Under the pieces are notes generated by a model. That model worked only from the letters and a program-made list of their open reading frames with translations, made no database searches and was not told the DNA's origin. 64,000 nucleotides of DNA from Oopsacas minuta (Eukaryota; Animalia; Porifera). Of this stretch, positions 34,961 to 46,500 are shown piece after piece; positions within the stretch are counted from its first letter, which is position 1, and every line of letters starts with the position of its first letter. The stretch spans positions 1,371,372 to 1,435,371 of the forward strand of contig JAKMXF010000111.1 of NCBI GenBank assembly GCA_024704765.1, in the 5' to 3' direction. The position numbers were made by a program, and so were the translations under genes.

Positions 34961-36406
34961 CTATTTCATTGAGGAACCTGAAGATAATGAATACATTTTC
35001 ACATAGGCTTCTGTATTTCTATCAGATGTGATACCAGGAGAAGAGATAGCCATTGGTTTAGCGTAGTGATGGGTATCTATATTATTGTATGTATTTCCTG
35101 AAGGTACTTCTAGATAAGTTCCGGCTGATGTATACTGAATATATTCATACACATTTGAAGTATAAGATTCTCCGAATGGAGTTGTCACAACAACACTCTT
35201 CAACTGATCGATATTTGAGCCATCTAAATATTCGTATAAAGGCTCTTCTGGTTGCTTTACAGGATCTTTCAAATTCTTCAAACCTAAATTCTTAGCGTCT
35301 ATTGGTGGTTTAGATTGTTTCGTATTAACAACTGCAATAACACACAAGCTAGCGATTAGTATTACTATTAACAGAGTAATAATACACACAGCAGTAGTAA
35401 CTGATATTATAATGAGAGTTTGGTTATTTTGCGGAGGAATTATTCTAACATCACAATCAGTGCAATTATACAATTGACAGCTGTTGCCATAATACATAGA
35501 AACACACTCACATAGCCCAGATGTATAGTTACATATACCTCCGTTTAAACAGGTAGCCACACATAGTTTAAATTGACATGTATCACCATGGTATAATGAT
35601 TGACAGTGACATGTACCATTGCTAAGACATTCTCCATTCAAGCAGGGAGGCTGACACATTGAATGTTTACAACTCTCTCCATAGAATGGATCAGTACAGC
35701 TACACACACCATTATCTAGACATTCAGCTCCATTCTCACATACAGGTTGACATAATTTAGACTGACAAGCGTCTCCATGGTAACCAGATGCACACAGACA
35801 ACTGCCATCATCAATACAAGATCCCTGATTAAGACACGTAGAGGTACACTCTTTTTTCTCACATCCTGCTCCATAGAATGGGTATTTACACTCACATCTA
35901 CCGAAATCACAAAACCCTCTCTCCCCACAGGCATTAATACAATCACATTGTCCTGGCTCTGACCTACAAGTACCAGGATCATTACAGTCTGAATCAGAGC
36001 TACAAAACTGACAGGCAACGCCATGCAACAGCTGACAAGGTTCTGTGGTTGTACTGTAATCACAATCTAGAATTGATTCATTTTCATATCTATTGCAAGA
36101 AATATCCTTCAGCTTAATAGAGGGAGAATTATCCACCTCACCGACAGAGCCTAAACTCAATTCGCTATAAAGTTTGAGTCCTCTAGATCTGCACCATACA
36201 TATCCGTTATCAACCGTCCATGGAACTTCACCACATATAAATGACCAAACTAATTGTCCACTAGAATCTGTAATACATACACGAAGGTAACTGTTGCTAC
36301 CTGGTACAGATCCTGTACCCATTTCTCCAAGGACATTACAAGTCCTGGGCACTGATACAGCGATAGATGGGAGAATTAGAAATAATATAGGTAAATAAAC
36401 AAACAT
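34961..36406 (-). CDS. Type I membrane receptor: signal peptide, SRCR-like domain, about 6 EGF-like repeats, TM and a Tyr-rich tail
   Basis: SRCR-like W-x-x-IC...W...GYVWCRSRG...LKDISC..ESILDC; tandem EGF repeats (CxPxCxNGxxC...CxCxxxYxGxxC); TM LIIISVTTAVCIITLLIVILIASLCVIAVV. Confidence 0.85.
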   Translation of the reverse strand: MFVYLPILFLILPSIAVSVPRTCNVLGEMGTGSVPGSNSYLRVCITDSSGQLVWSFICGEVPWTVDNGYVWCRSRGLKLYSELSLGSVGEVDNSPSIKLKDISCNRYENESILDCDYSTTTEPCQLLHGVACQFCSSDSDCNDPGTCRSEPGQCDCINACGERGFCDFGRCECKYPFYGAGCEKKECTSTCLNQGSCIDDGSCLCASGYHGDACQSKLCQPVCENGAECLDNGVCSCTDPFYGESCKHSMCQPPCLNGECLSNGTCHCQSLYHGDTCQFKLCVATCLNGGICNYTSGLCECVSMYYGNSCQLYNCTDCDVRIIPPQNNQTLIIISVTTAVCIITLLIVILIASLCVIAVVNTKQSKPPIDAKNLGLKNLKDPVKQPEEPLYEYLDGSNIDQLKSVVVTTPFGESYTSNVYEYIQYTSAGTYLEVPSGNTYNNIDTHHYAKPMAISSPGITSDRNTEAYVKMYSLSSGSSMK

Positions 36407-36678
36407 AATTTCTATTTATTAATACAATAACAACAATATTTAAAGTAAGGCAACAATGCCTATCAGTTCAAATAGTTGTAATCGGGCATTAGCGCAATGT
36501 GAAGCCATTTGGCCAGCTAACGGCAATACAAGCCACTCGGTGCTGATATATTTTAACTTCGAAGTTGTCTTCAAATTTACATAGGCTTCATTTTTAAGTC
36601 AAAATCAGTAGAAATCATGTAATACTTCCCAGAAAATTCCATCGTCAGCTTAACTTAACCAAAATATTGGAACAAGCA

Positions 36679-37833
36679 CTAAAAGTTCTCTTTAGTATCT
36701 CCGACAGTAGCTACTGCTTCTGCCAGTTTATCTTCCTGACCCTTGAGACGATCATGAATTAGATGCACAATAGCTTTCTGTGTTCGTCTATCTAGCTTAT
36801 CCATTTTCTTGCTAATGTCCCTCTTCAAATCCCAGTCAGATTTCTTGGGTGCTAAAGTGCTCAGATCTATTCCTTTGAGAGGATCGTATTTCGCTTCATT
36901 CGCCAGTGTTGCTTTTACCTAGATGCAACATACTAATAAATAACTACATAGCATATGTTCACTATAACTATATAATGCTCAGTCTAGCAAATCTTCAAAA
37001 GATATATAGACACTAACATAATTACAATAGTAATAGAGTAGCTAACAAAGCATAGCCACTGATGTTTAGGCAAAAATACAATTACGGCTTTTAGCACGTT
37101 ATAACGGAACAAGATACTCAATTAGCTCAAAATAAATCCGAAACAGCGGGGGGTGGTCCAAACTAAAGCTGGACGGTTAGCAAGCAAGAGACCAGTTAAG
37201 CTTTTGTTAATTATACCCAAATATGTATAGTTATATATTATAAACATTATACAATAGTTTGCTATTACCATATAAGGTTGTAGACTTTTGTATGCGATAA
37301 TGTAATTAAAATTAGAGATGATCAATATCTCAATTATCAGAATAGTAGAATCAATCTATGATTTAATTTATCAAATTATAACTTTACAGATGACTTATTA
37401 AATGTATTCGTGGAATTATACATTTTAATTACTTGAACACTTTTTTACTTAAGTAAATGAATATATGATTATTTATTACAAGTGTTGCTGAACTCTGGTA
37501 ATTTAATTCACCCACCTGCTCGTCAAATCTCTCTGGCCTTCCTTCAGGAGCTGTAAATTCTTTCAAATTCTGATCTGTAGGTTTATAATTCCTGAAAATA
37601 AGCTGAGGTTTCTCTCCCCTCTCTTCCTCTCCTTCCCCTGTCTGAGAGGGAGAGGATGTCCGAACTCTCTTAACGCTTATCTCCACTTCTTCTGTATCTC
37701 TATCAGGAGAGTCACTACCCGCTAATAACTCACTCTCTGGAGGATTAGGTTTGAATTTATTTCTGAGCGCTAGTAGTTTCTGCTTTCTCTCTAAGGCTGC
37801 TATCTGCATATCTCCTGCTCCAGCAATCTCCAT
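36679..37833 (-). CDS. CCDC12: Spliceosomal coiled-coil protein CCDC12/Cwf18; exons 37833-37516 and 36918-36679
   Basis: ALERKQKLLALR and LIFRNYKP in exon 1. Manually read exon 2 contains IDLSTLAPKKSDWDLKRDISKKMDKLDRRTQKAIVHLIHDRL. Confidence 0.9.
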
Positions 37834-38331
37834 TCACCTTCCAAGTGTAAAATAGGCTAATTGATACAAAACAGTGAAATTAAGTTCACCAATCCATACA
37901 TAACATAATATTGTCATATTGTATAGAAATAAAGCATTTCTATTTTCGCGCTAACACTGCTGCAAGAGCTGTAAATGGAATAATTATATAAAAATTGTGC
38001 ATTATGTGTTGCCTTGTTGTTTGCAAAAGTTGCGTACAACAAAGTTTCGCCGTGTAAAGCGAGCTTAATACCTCAAATACTGGCGGCTAATTAAAATGAC
38101 GTTTAAGTTGTTAAGGCGAGAAAATTAAATATTGTAAGTACAGAGAATAAATATGTAGGCAGTGTTTCTCAACTATTCAGTGTGTTCTTCTAACCAAACA
38201 TAGTCACAAAGAGCTAGAGATATCCTATTTTAATCAAATTACATAGCTACACCTTTGTGGATATACCAGAGCAACTCTCAGTCCATTCAAACATAACTCC
38301 AAACAGTGATCATATATTAAAATTATTGCAT

Positions 38332-39674
38332 TCATTTCTTCTGGTCCTCTTTAGCTTGACACAACACACAAATCCACACACCCTCAGGCGGACTATTCAT
38401 AGGTGGTGACAGACAATACATATGATATCCCCGATCACAGTAGTCACAGAACAATAGCTTCTCGTCATTATCAGCACGTCCACAAATAATACACTCCTTA
38501 CATTCTAAACATTGCCAGCGATACGTCTGTACATTAAGAGCTATCTTAGGTCCGAATGTGAGACAGGAGGGGTGAGCAGATCTCCCGCAGTCAGCACATG
38601 AGACCTTTAGATGATATCATAATAATAATATAATACTGCTTAGTAGTAATAGTGTACTTACTAGTTTTTCTGTTTTTTTAGGTGAAGTAACTTCTGTACA
38701 GAAATCACACTGCTGGTTAGCTTTAGCTTTAATTTCTTTGCTAGAATTCTTGTTAGCTTTTGCTTCTGTATCTCTGAGGACTTTAACATCTAGCTTACCA
38801 GAATGGATCATATTCAGATCTGAAGTAGACTGTCCAGGGTGTTCCTTAGTGTAGTGTGTTTTCAAAGAGGTAGGGTTCTTAAAATATTTCCCACAGTAGA
38901 TACATTTACATTTCCTACCCATCCCTCCTCTCGACATACCGCCCCTACCAGACAGCATTACTCCCTTAGTTCTTCTGACATCCTCCTCTTCTGAGCTCGG
39001 TTCCTCTGAGTCCATTACGGATTCATCAGGGTCGCTAGGTTCTGACTCATCCCTGCTAACTACAGGTATTAGTAATACAGTCAGGGTAGCTTTTTATGAA
39101 TCCACTTTTTAGAGTAAGAACTTGGATAGATCTATATATGTTTACCTTCTAATAGTTTGCGCTTGTTAGACTCAGCAGTAATCCTCCTACCAGCAACAGG
39201 GTATCCAGCTCCTCTCTGTGTGTAAGGACTCCCACTACTGTACATAGGATCAGGACCTTTTGAAGAGGTAGCGATATAATTGTAGGACACATTCCTATCT
39301 GTGTGATGAGTATCGGAGCGGGAGTGGTTAGCTTTCCTCTTCTTTCTATGCCCTATATCTAGTATGGTGGTGACTGGGTATTGTACCATCCAGTCTCTGG
39401 GCTTGTAGCTGTACACCTGACCGGGTTTGAATCCAGGCATACGTTCATGCTTAGATCTAGATAAGTGGTCGGTTGGAATCTAGTAACAAATGGAAAATGG
39501 TGATGTCATCATTAATAGTTGGGTCGTACTTACCATCGCAATGCCAGTCTGTCCATCTACATAGGGACATCCTGCTGCTCTCTCCACCGTTAGACGAGTG
39601 TTATAGTGAGACACAGCCTCAATCAGATCTTGATATCCTCTCGGCCTCTTCCAATCTATTTCCTCTACTTCCAT
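38332..39674 (-). CDS. DPF2: DPF/d4 (requiem, BAF45) family protein; exons 39674-39534, 39479-39146, 39059-38662, 38604-38332
   Basis: Requiem N-domain ([34 protein letters not shown]), C2H2 finger CIYCGKYF...HYTKEH, and tandem PHD fingers ([48 protein letters not shown]). Paralog assignment is uncertain. Confidence 0.88.
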
Positions 39675-40505
39675 TTGTAAAAAATGTTTCACTTGTAACT
39701 CTAATAGTCTATCAACTACACTTCGAAATAAGTAGAGCTATAACCGACGAAAATATGTTATTTTAAAAGTTTTTGAGTTTGGACCATATTTATACAATTT
39801 AAGACTCGATATAAGCGGCTGTTTTGCTATATCAGTGTTAGAAATAGCGGGAGTACACTATATGCCAAAGGTTAAGTATACATATGTACATAAATAATCC
39901 TGAAATGTCAAATATCACAAAATATTTCATATGATAAATAGATTTGACTTTAGTAAAAAGGTGACACTCCAGGTGTAATGTGTTTGAAGACTCCAATTCA
40001 GTGAGACAACAAGTTAACATAATTTCTAGCTAATGAAATCCAAGAGGATCCAAACTTGGCAGATGTTTTACAAGCGACTTGATATGTACAATCTAAGATC
40101 TTAACAATTGATCAACATCAATGTTCAGAGTTGGAATAGATGCAAGCAATACCTAGTTATTTTCGAATATCTTTATTAACAAGACCTAACAGATAACAAA
40201 ACATTATTTGTAGCATGAATGGTCTCAAAGAGTTTGAATTCAAATTCTGCTAGAGGTGATGATAAATTATTATTCACAAGTATTGGAGCCTTTTAATAAC
40301 CGGCGCTTATTCAGGGAAATACGGTAGTAAATATAAATAAAATTTCGCCTTTTGAACCTATTTAATTTCCATGAAGATATACACACACTCGTATGATCTC
40401 GTAGTGTGTTGCAGATATATATAAAAACAATCAATCAAAATATATATGTCAGTCTTGAAAAATCTAAATTTATCTAAGCATTGAACTCCTTGTCTACTGA
40501 GGTGA

Positions 40506-43500
40506 TCAGTAATCTTCCTGTTTGGTATAAGGAGTCTTCCATATCTTTTCCACATACTCCTGTATAGTCCTATCACTAGAGAAGAATCCTACCGAAGATA
40601 TGTTATGAACGGTCATTTTACTCCATAGCCTCTTGTCCTAATTCAAACATCAATTAGACATGATATGTTGCTAAGCTTATAACAATAATATCTTACCATG
40701 AATGTCTTCTCCACCTCCAGCTGACAGTCAAGATAAGCTCTGAAGTCAGCCAGTATACAGAACCTGTCGTACTGTAGAGTATCATCCATCAGCCCTGAGA
40801 AGAGGTCAGGCTGGAAAGGGGAGAAGTACCCGCTCCTGATCTGTCCCACAGCCTCTTGTAGCTCGGGGATAGATTCGTAGTAGACACTAGGTTCATAACC
40901 AGCAGACTTAATAGCTTCTATCTGCTCAACAGTGTTACCGAATATAAATATGTTCTCTCTACCCATCTCCTCTGACATCTCTACATTAGCTCCGTCAAGG
41001 GTTCCTATAGTGAGGGCACCATTCGCCTGTAGGACAATGTAATTAAGATTATCAAACAGTAATAATTATAAGTAATAATTGTCTCACCATGAACTTCATA
41101 TTCCCAGTACCAGATGCCTCTGTTCCTGCAGTAGAAATCTGTTCGGAGAGATCAGCGGCAGGAATGATCCTCTCTGCCAGAGACACGCGGTAATTCTCCA
41201 GGAAGATGAGTTTGAGACGGTCTCCTATGGCTGGATCTGAATTAACGAATTCTGCCACAGAGTTTATCAGTTTGATTATCAGCTTAGCCTTATGGTATCC
41301 TGGAGCAGCCTACAGGATAGTTATACTCAAAACTGTGTAGAAGTTTCGTAATCAGTCTAACTACTACACTACGTATTAATTATTAATTACTACTACTAAT
41401 CCTGTTACTGTGTAATTAGGTTATAACTTATAAGTAATGTATTGTTGATATGCTACTAGTGTATTTTGAGCTTATCTACCATATATCAAAACAACCAGTG
41501 TTATAGGTATCTCTGGTGTCGATGATTAATATTATTACGTACTAACAGTTAGGACCAAAAATTAGGAATTTTTAGGATTGGACTAAAGCCATCGTGTATG
41601 TTGTTGCCTTGTTGCATCGTGTATTAATTACAAAACAAAATAACTTAAATATAGCTTAGCTATATTTCTCACATTCGAACTTCTCAAATTCGACATTCTC
41701 ACATTGAACCTTCTCATACTATAGTACAATATTTTGTATTAGCTTTCCATCTTCGAGGAAAGGTAATCTTTCAGATTAATGAAAGTCACCTTTTCGAATA
41801 AGGGTATGGGGTTTTCCATTTTTGTATTACAAAAACTGTACTCTACTATAGCCCAGCTATATATAAAGAATCTGTAAAATACCCGATGCAACAAGGTAAC
41901 ACACACAGTACAATTATATGTTGTATGAAAAAATAGAATTTCCGTGGAATATTGTTGCATGAAAATAGGACATATTCTATTTCATCCAACAAATCAGTAT
42001 CGTGTATGATAAATTGGGCATTACGTATATGTATATTGTTCGTCGATCAATCATATTTTCATACTTTTGTGTGTATAATTCAAAATGTCATTATATCTTG
42101 AATCTCCCCTATAGTTTTTAATAATCTATGAATTTTCCAGGTGCTAATATTCTGATAACAAATTTCCATATACAATAATTGAATTATTTAATTAATATTG
42201 ATTTTAGGACATTTTTGTTTGTTATTCATCTGTCAGATAGTAAAATTAAATAATATGCAATAACAATATCAAATTTTGTTAGATTGATTTAGGAGGAGAC
42301 ACGGTAAACAAGTATATAATTTTACAAGGTGTCATGTTCTAATGTAATCCAATAAAGGAACTTTGTCCCAAGAATGAGTAGCTCATGACGAATAATATAA
42401 TATAATTATATTAGATGGAGATATACTAATAAGGTCTAATCATATGATAAGTTGTAATAAGAATATATGTAAACAATGTACTTGCAAAAGTAACTGCAAT
42501 TTTATAAGGCATAAAGCTGTTTAGCAATATAAATATATATTTGTATATATTGTATGTTGAATAAGTATACTAACTAGTTAATTGGAAAATTGGAAAAATA
42601 TATTATAACGCCTCAAGGTTTCATGGCTAATATACGACACACGATTTCAGGAAGTGAATCCATTTCTGATACATTAGCATCTTCGTTGTATAAAGAAAAA
42701 GATATTTTGATGTCTCCTCAGGATGAAAACGTAAATGTATCGTTAAACGGGGAACCAAATCTCTGGAGATTATCTTTGTCAAAGGATTCAAGCCGACGCC
42801 GTCGAAATGCATTATTTTCAATTTCAAAATTCAAACAAGCATTTAGTAAGATTGAGTTAGGGGAATCAAATGAAATAAGCATCCAAAGCTCTACTTCAAT
42901 CTCTAAAATGAAGGAAAATATAGAAACGTCCAACAATTGTGAAAACACTGAATCAATCAAAGATACATTTGAAAAAAATGACAATGACGACACGTTACAA
43001 ACAAATAATATTCCTGGAGAAGAACAATCTCAAAAAGACACAATTGTAAATGCTTTACATTGGACAGATTGGATCTCAGAAGAGCAACTGAAAGGTTTAA
43101 CAAAACAACAGTTAAAACAACAAGAAGCATTATGGGAGTTCATCACGAGGGAATCAGAATTCATATCAAATCTCAAAATAATCCTTAGCCTCTTCGCAAC
43201 ACGATTAGACCGTCTGAAACATCTTGACATGCTAGGAAATGTACATCCTGAGAATATATTCGGAGGCATCAAGGAGATATATCAATCTCACTTGTCCTTT
43301 TGGAAGGAATGTCTTCACAAGTGCCTGAGATACGCTCAAAACAATAAGCTTCCCTTATCTGAACAAACTTTCATTGAAACGTTTCCAAATGAAATAGAAT
43401 CACGATTCGAAGTCTACCTGACACACTGCCTCTTTGCTACGAAATATCAGGAACAAATACTAAACGCACAGAAAGATGATTCATTCAAAGAATACTTGAA

Positions 43501-46500
43501 GTGGTGCCAAAACCAAGAATGCTCTAATCACAGGAGCCTAGCAGATTTCCTTATACAACCATTACAGCATATCATGAGGTATACACTGCTGTTGAAAGCA
43601 ATTCGGTCGCATTCTACCAGTGAAGAGAGCAAAAATAAACTCACTCAACTCTTAGAAATGCTAGAAGCTTTCTTAAGACATATCAATTCGAAAGTACGTG
43701 AACAGGAAGAAATAGAAATAGTTCAGCAAATCAACGAAAAATTAAATTGCTCTTCTTTTCTAGAGACCACTAGTCCAGATGAGAAGTTTCTTTCAAAGTA
43801 TTTTAAATTTGATCTGCTAGCACCAATGCCAGGCCTCCCATTTAGCATGGCAAGAATCTTACTGAAACATAGCAAGCTCAAAATGCGAGATCTGACACCT
43901 CTAGGTTTGAAAACATGCTTCATTACTCATCGCCATGAAACTTATGCGAAATTTAACTCAGTCTATGTATACCTATTTACAGATATCATCATACTCATCA
44001 GACACAATAAAATTAAATTATTCGACATGATAAAACACCCAATCCTTTTAGGAGATATACGACTTGAAAATCATTCACCTAATCAGTTCTATCTCATATC
44101 TCAATCTGAATTCAACATGCCAACCGAAATACTTTGCTTTAAGGCATCGACTCAAGAAATCATCGAATCCTGGATGAGAGCAATAAAAAACGCCTCTGAG
44201 AAATACACCCAAGCAAAGCATGAATTCGTAAACCAAGGACAGTTTATGCAACAAATTGTTGATGGTAAGCAAATGTCATTGAGTACATCATATCTATCAA
44301 GTTCAAGTTCATCAACCATAGAATCAGATTTCAACAGTGGTTTTGAAGAAGTAAATGATAAAAATACTATCGATATAACATCAGAGACAGGTGATATAGA
44401 AACTCAACATCACAACAGAAATATTATCCAGGCAATCACTACTGAAACCAAAGACTCAGCTGAAATTTCTAATAATGTTACAAAAGAGAAGTACTTGGAC
44501 GATAGTGAAACTAAGAATTACAGAAGATACTTATATAGAAAGGGTTTAGTCCTTAGGAGGAAGAGCATAAACAATCATTTGCTTGAAGAAGATTACGTAG
44601 GAGTGATGCCACAATCTCTTCTTGTGAAAACATAATAAGATATCGGGAGAATTACTAAACGTCTAATTTATCTGTGTTTTGGATCAATTGGTTGATCTTT
44701 TCAAAGTAGGGGTTATACATTCTGTATGTGCTCTATTCTTTTCAGTATTGTTAGTACTTTAATACGTATAGTGATGAGCAGTGGCGTAGCCACATGGGCT
44801 TGCCCTGGCATGCACGCCGGTAACTGACCGTCGTGCCCGAGCAACGTTTGCGCGCCTGGCCAGTGTTTTTTTAAAATGTATTTTTAACTGCTTCAAGCAA
44901 ATTAGTTCTACTTATTAATAAACCGTTTTGTTGTGTTTCGATACTCCCAATAATTTCCATATTTATTAATATCATTTCAATTCGTATTATGGTTTTTACT
45001 GTTTAAACCCACTCATATTCTTTCATTTTATCATTCGTTTAATGGCATACATTGTATGTGTGGTCTAAATCCAATCTTGGTCGTGTCCCCCGGCAATCAC
45101 TTAAGGCTGGCTACGCCACTGGTGATGAGATGGGTTGGTTAAGTATTATATACTTGCAATATAACCCCGAAAGTAGTTTAGACTAGTGCCAAATTATATT
45201 ATCAGAGCTCCGAATTTCGTAGCGAGTAACAATAACTCATATAAGAATATATTGTGCCCATCGGGATATTAAGTACACTGTTCGCTAGCAATTCAATGCC
45301 TGTAATAATTACGTGTATAATTCATAGCTGAAAATTACAGAATCTTATTCTAAGTACACTACTCGATCACACCAGGTTATACAATACGATTTTTGAATTC
45401 TGAGATGTCATAAGAATGTATTTATCGTGTTTACCAAGAATCACAAAGAAGGAATAGATATGTACGTAGTTATGTGGGATTCGCAGCCAGGGGATATTTT
45501 TGATAATTCCCCGTTTGTAGAGAACATTTATGTAGGATTAGGAATTTGCTCTATTTTTCGCCCCGTTTCCCAGGCCCCGTTTGTGCCGGTTATAGGAAGA
45601 ACAGGTGCACATATAACTAGTTAGTCTTCCATGCTGCGTTTATCTGAGCTAGAAAAGTATTTTGAACACAAAGGAAAGGACGATAAAGTTGCATGAGTTG
45701 TTATGTTCAGAAAATATCTGTAAAAGGGTCTAGAATAGTATAAATCAGCCAAAATTGGAACACATTTTATTTTGGATCGGAGATTTGCACCTAGGGTATG
45801 AATTTTTCTATAGTGAATATTTCAGGGTTATTCAGGGTTATTCAGGGTTATTCTGGGTTATTCAGGGTTATTCTGGGTTATTCAGGGTTATTCTGGGTTA
45901 TTCAGGGTTATTCTGGGTTATTCTGGGTTATTCAGGGTTATTCTGGGTTATTCTGGGTTATTCAGGGTTATTCAGGGTTATTCTGGGTTATTCTGGGTTA
46001 TTCAGGGTTATTCAGGGTTATTCTGGGTTATTCTGAGTTATTCAGGGTTATTCAGGGTTATTCTGGGTTATTCAGGGTTATTCTGGGTTATTCAGGGTTA
46101 TTCAGGGTTATTCTGGGTTATTCAGGGTTATTCAGGGTTATTCTGGGTTATTCTGGGTTATTCAGGGTTATTCAGGGTTATTCTGGGTTATTCAGGGTTA
46201 TTCTGGGTTATTCTGGGTTATTCAGGGTTATTCAGGGTTATTCTGGGTTATTCTGGGTTATTCTGGGTTATTCTGGGTTATTCAGGGTTATTCAGGGTTA
46301 TTCTGGGTTATTCAGGGTTATTCAGGGTTATTCAGGGTTATTCTGGGTTATTCTGGGTTATTCTGGGTTATTCAGGGTTATTCAGGGTTATTCAGGGTTA
46401 TTCTGGGTTATTCTGGGTTATTCTGGGTTATTCAGGGTTATTCAGGGTTATTCAGGGTTATTCTGGGTTATTCTGGGTTATTCTGGGTTATTCTGGGTTA

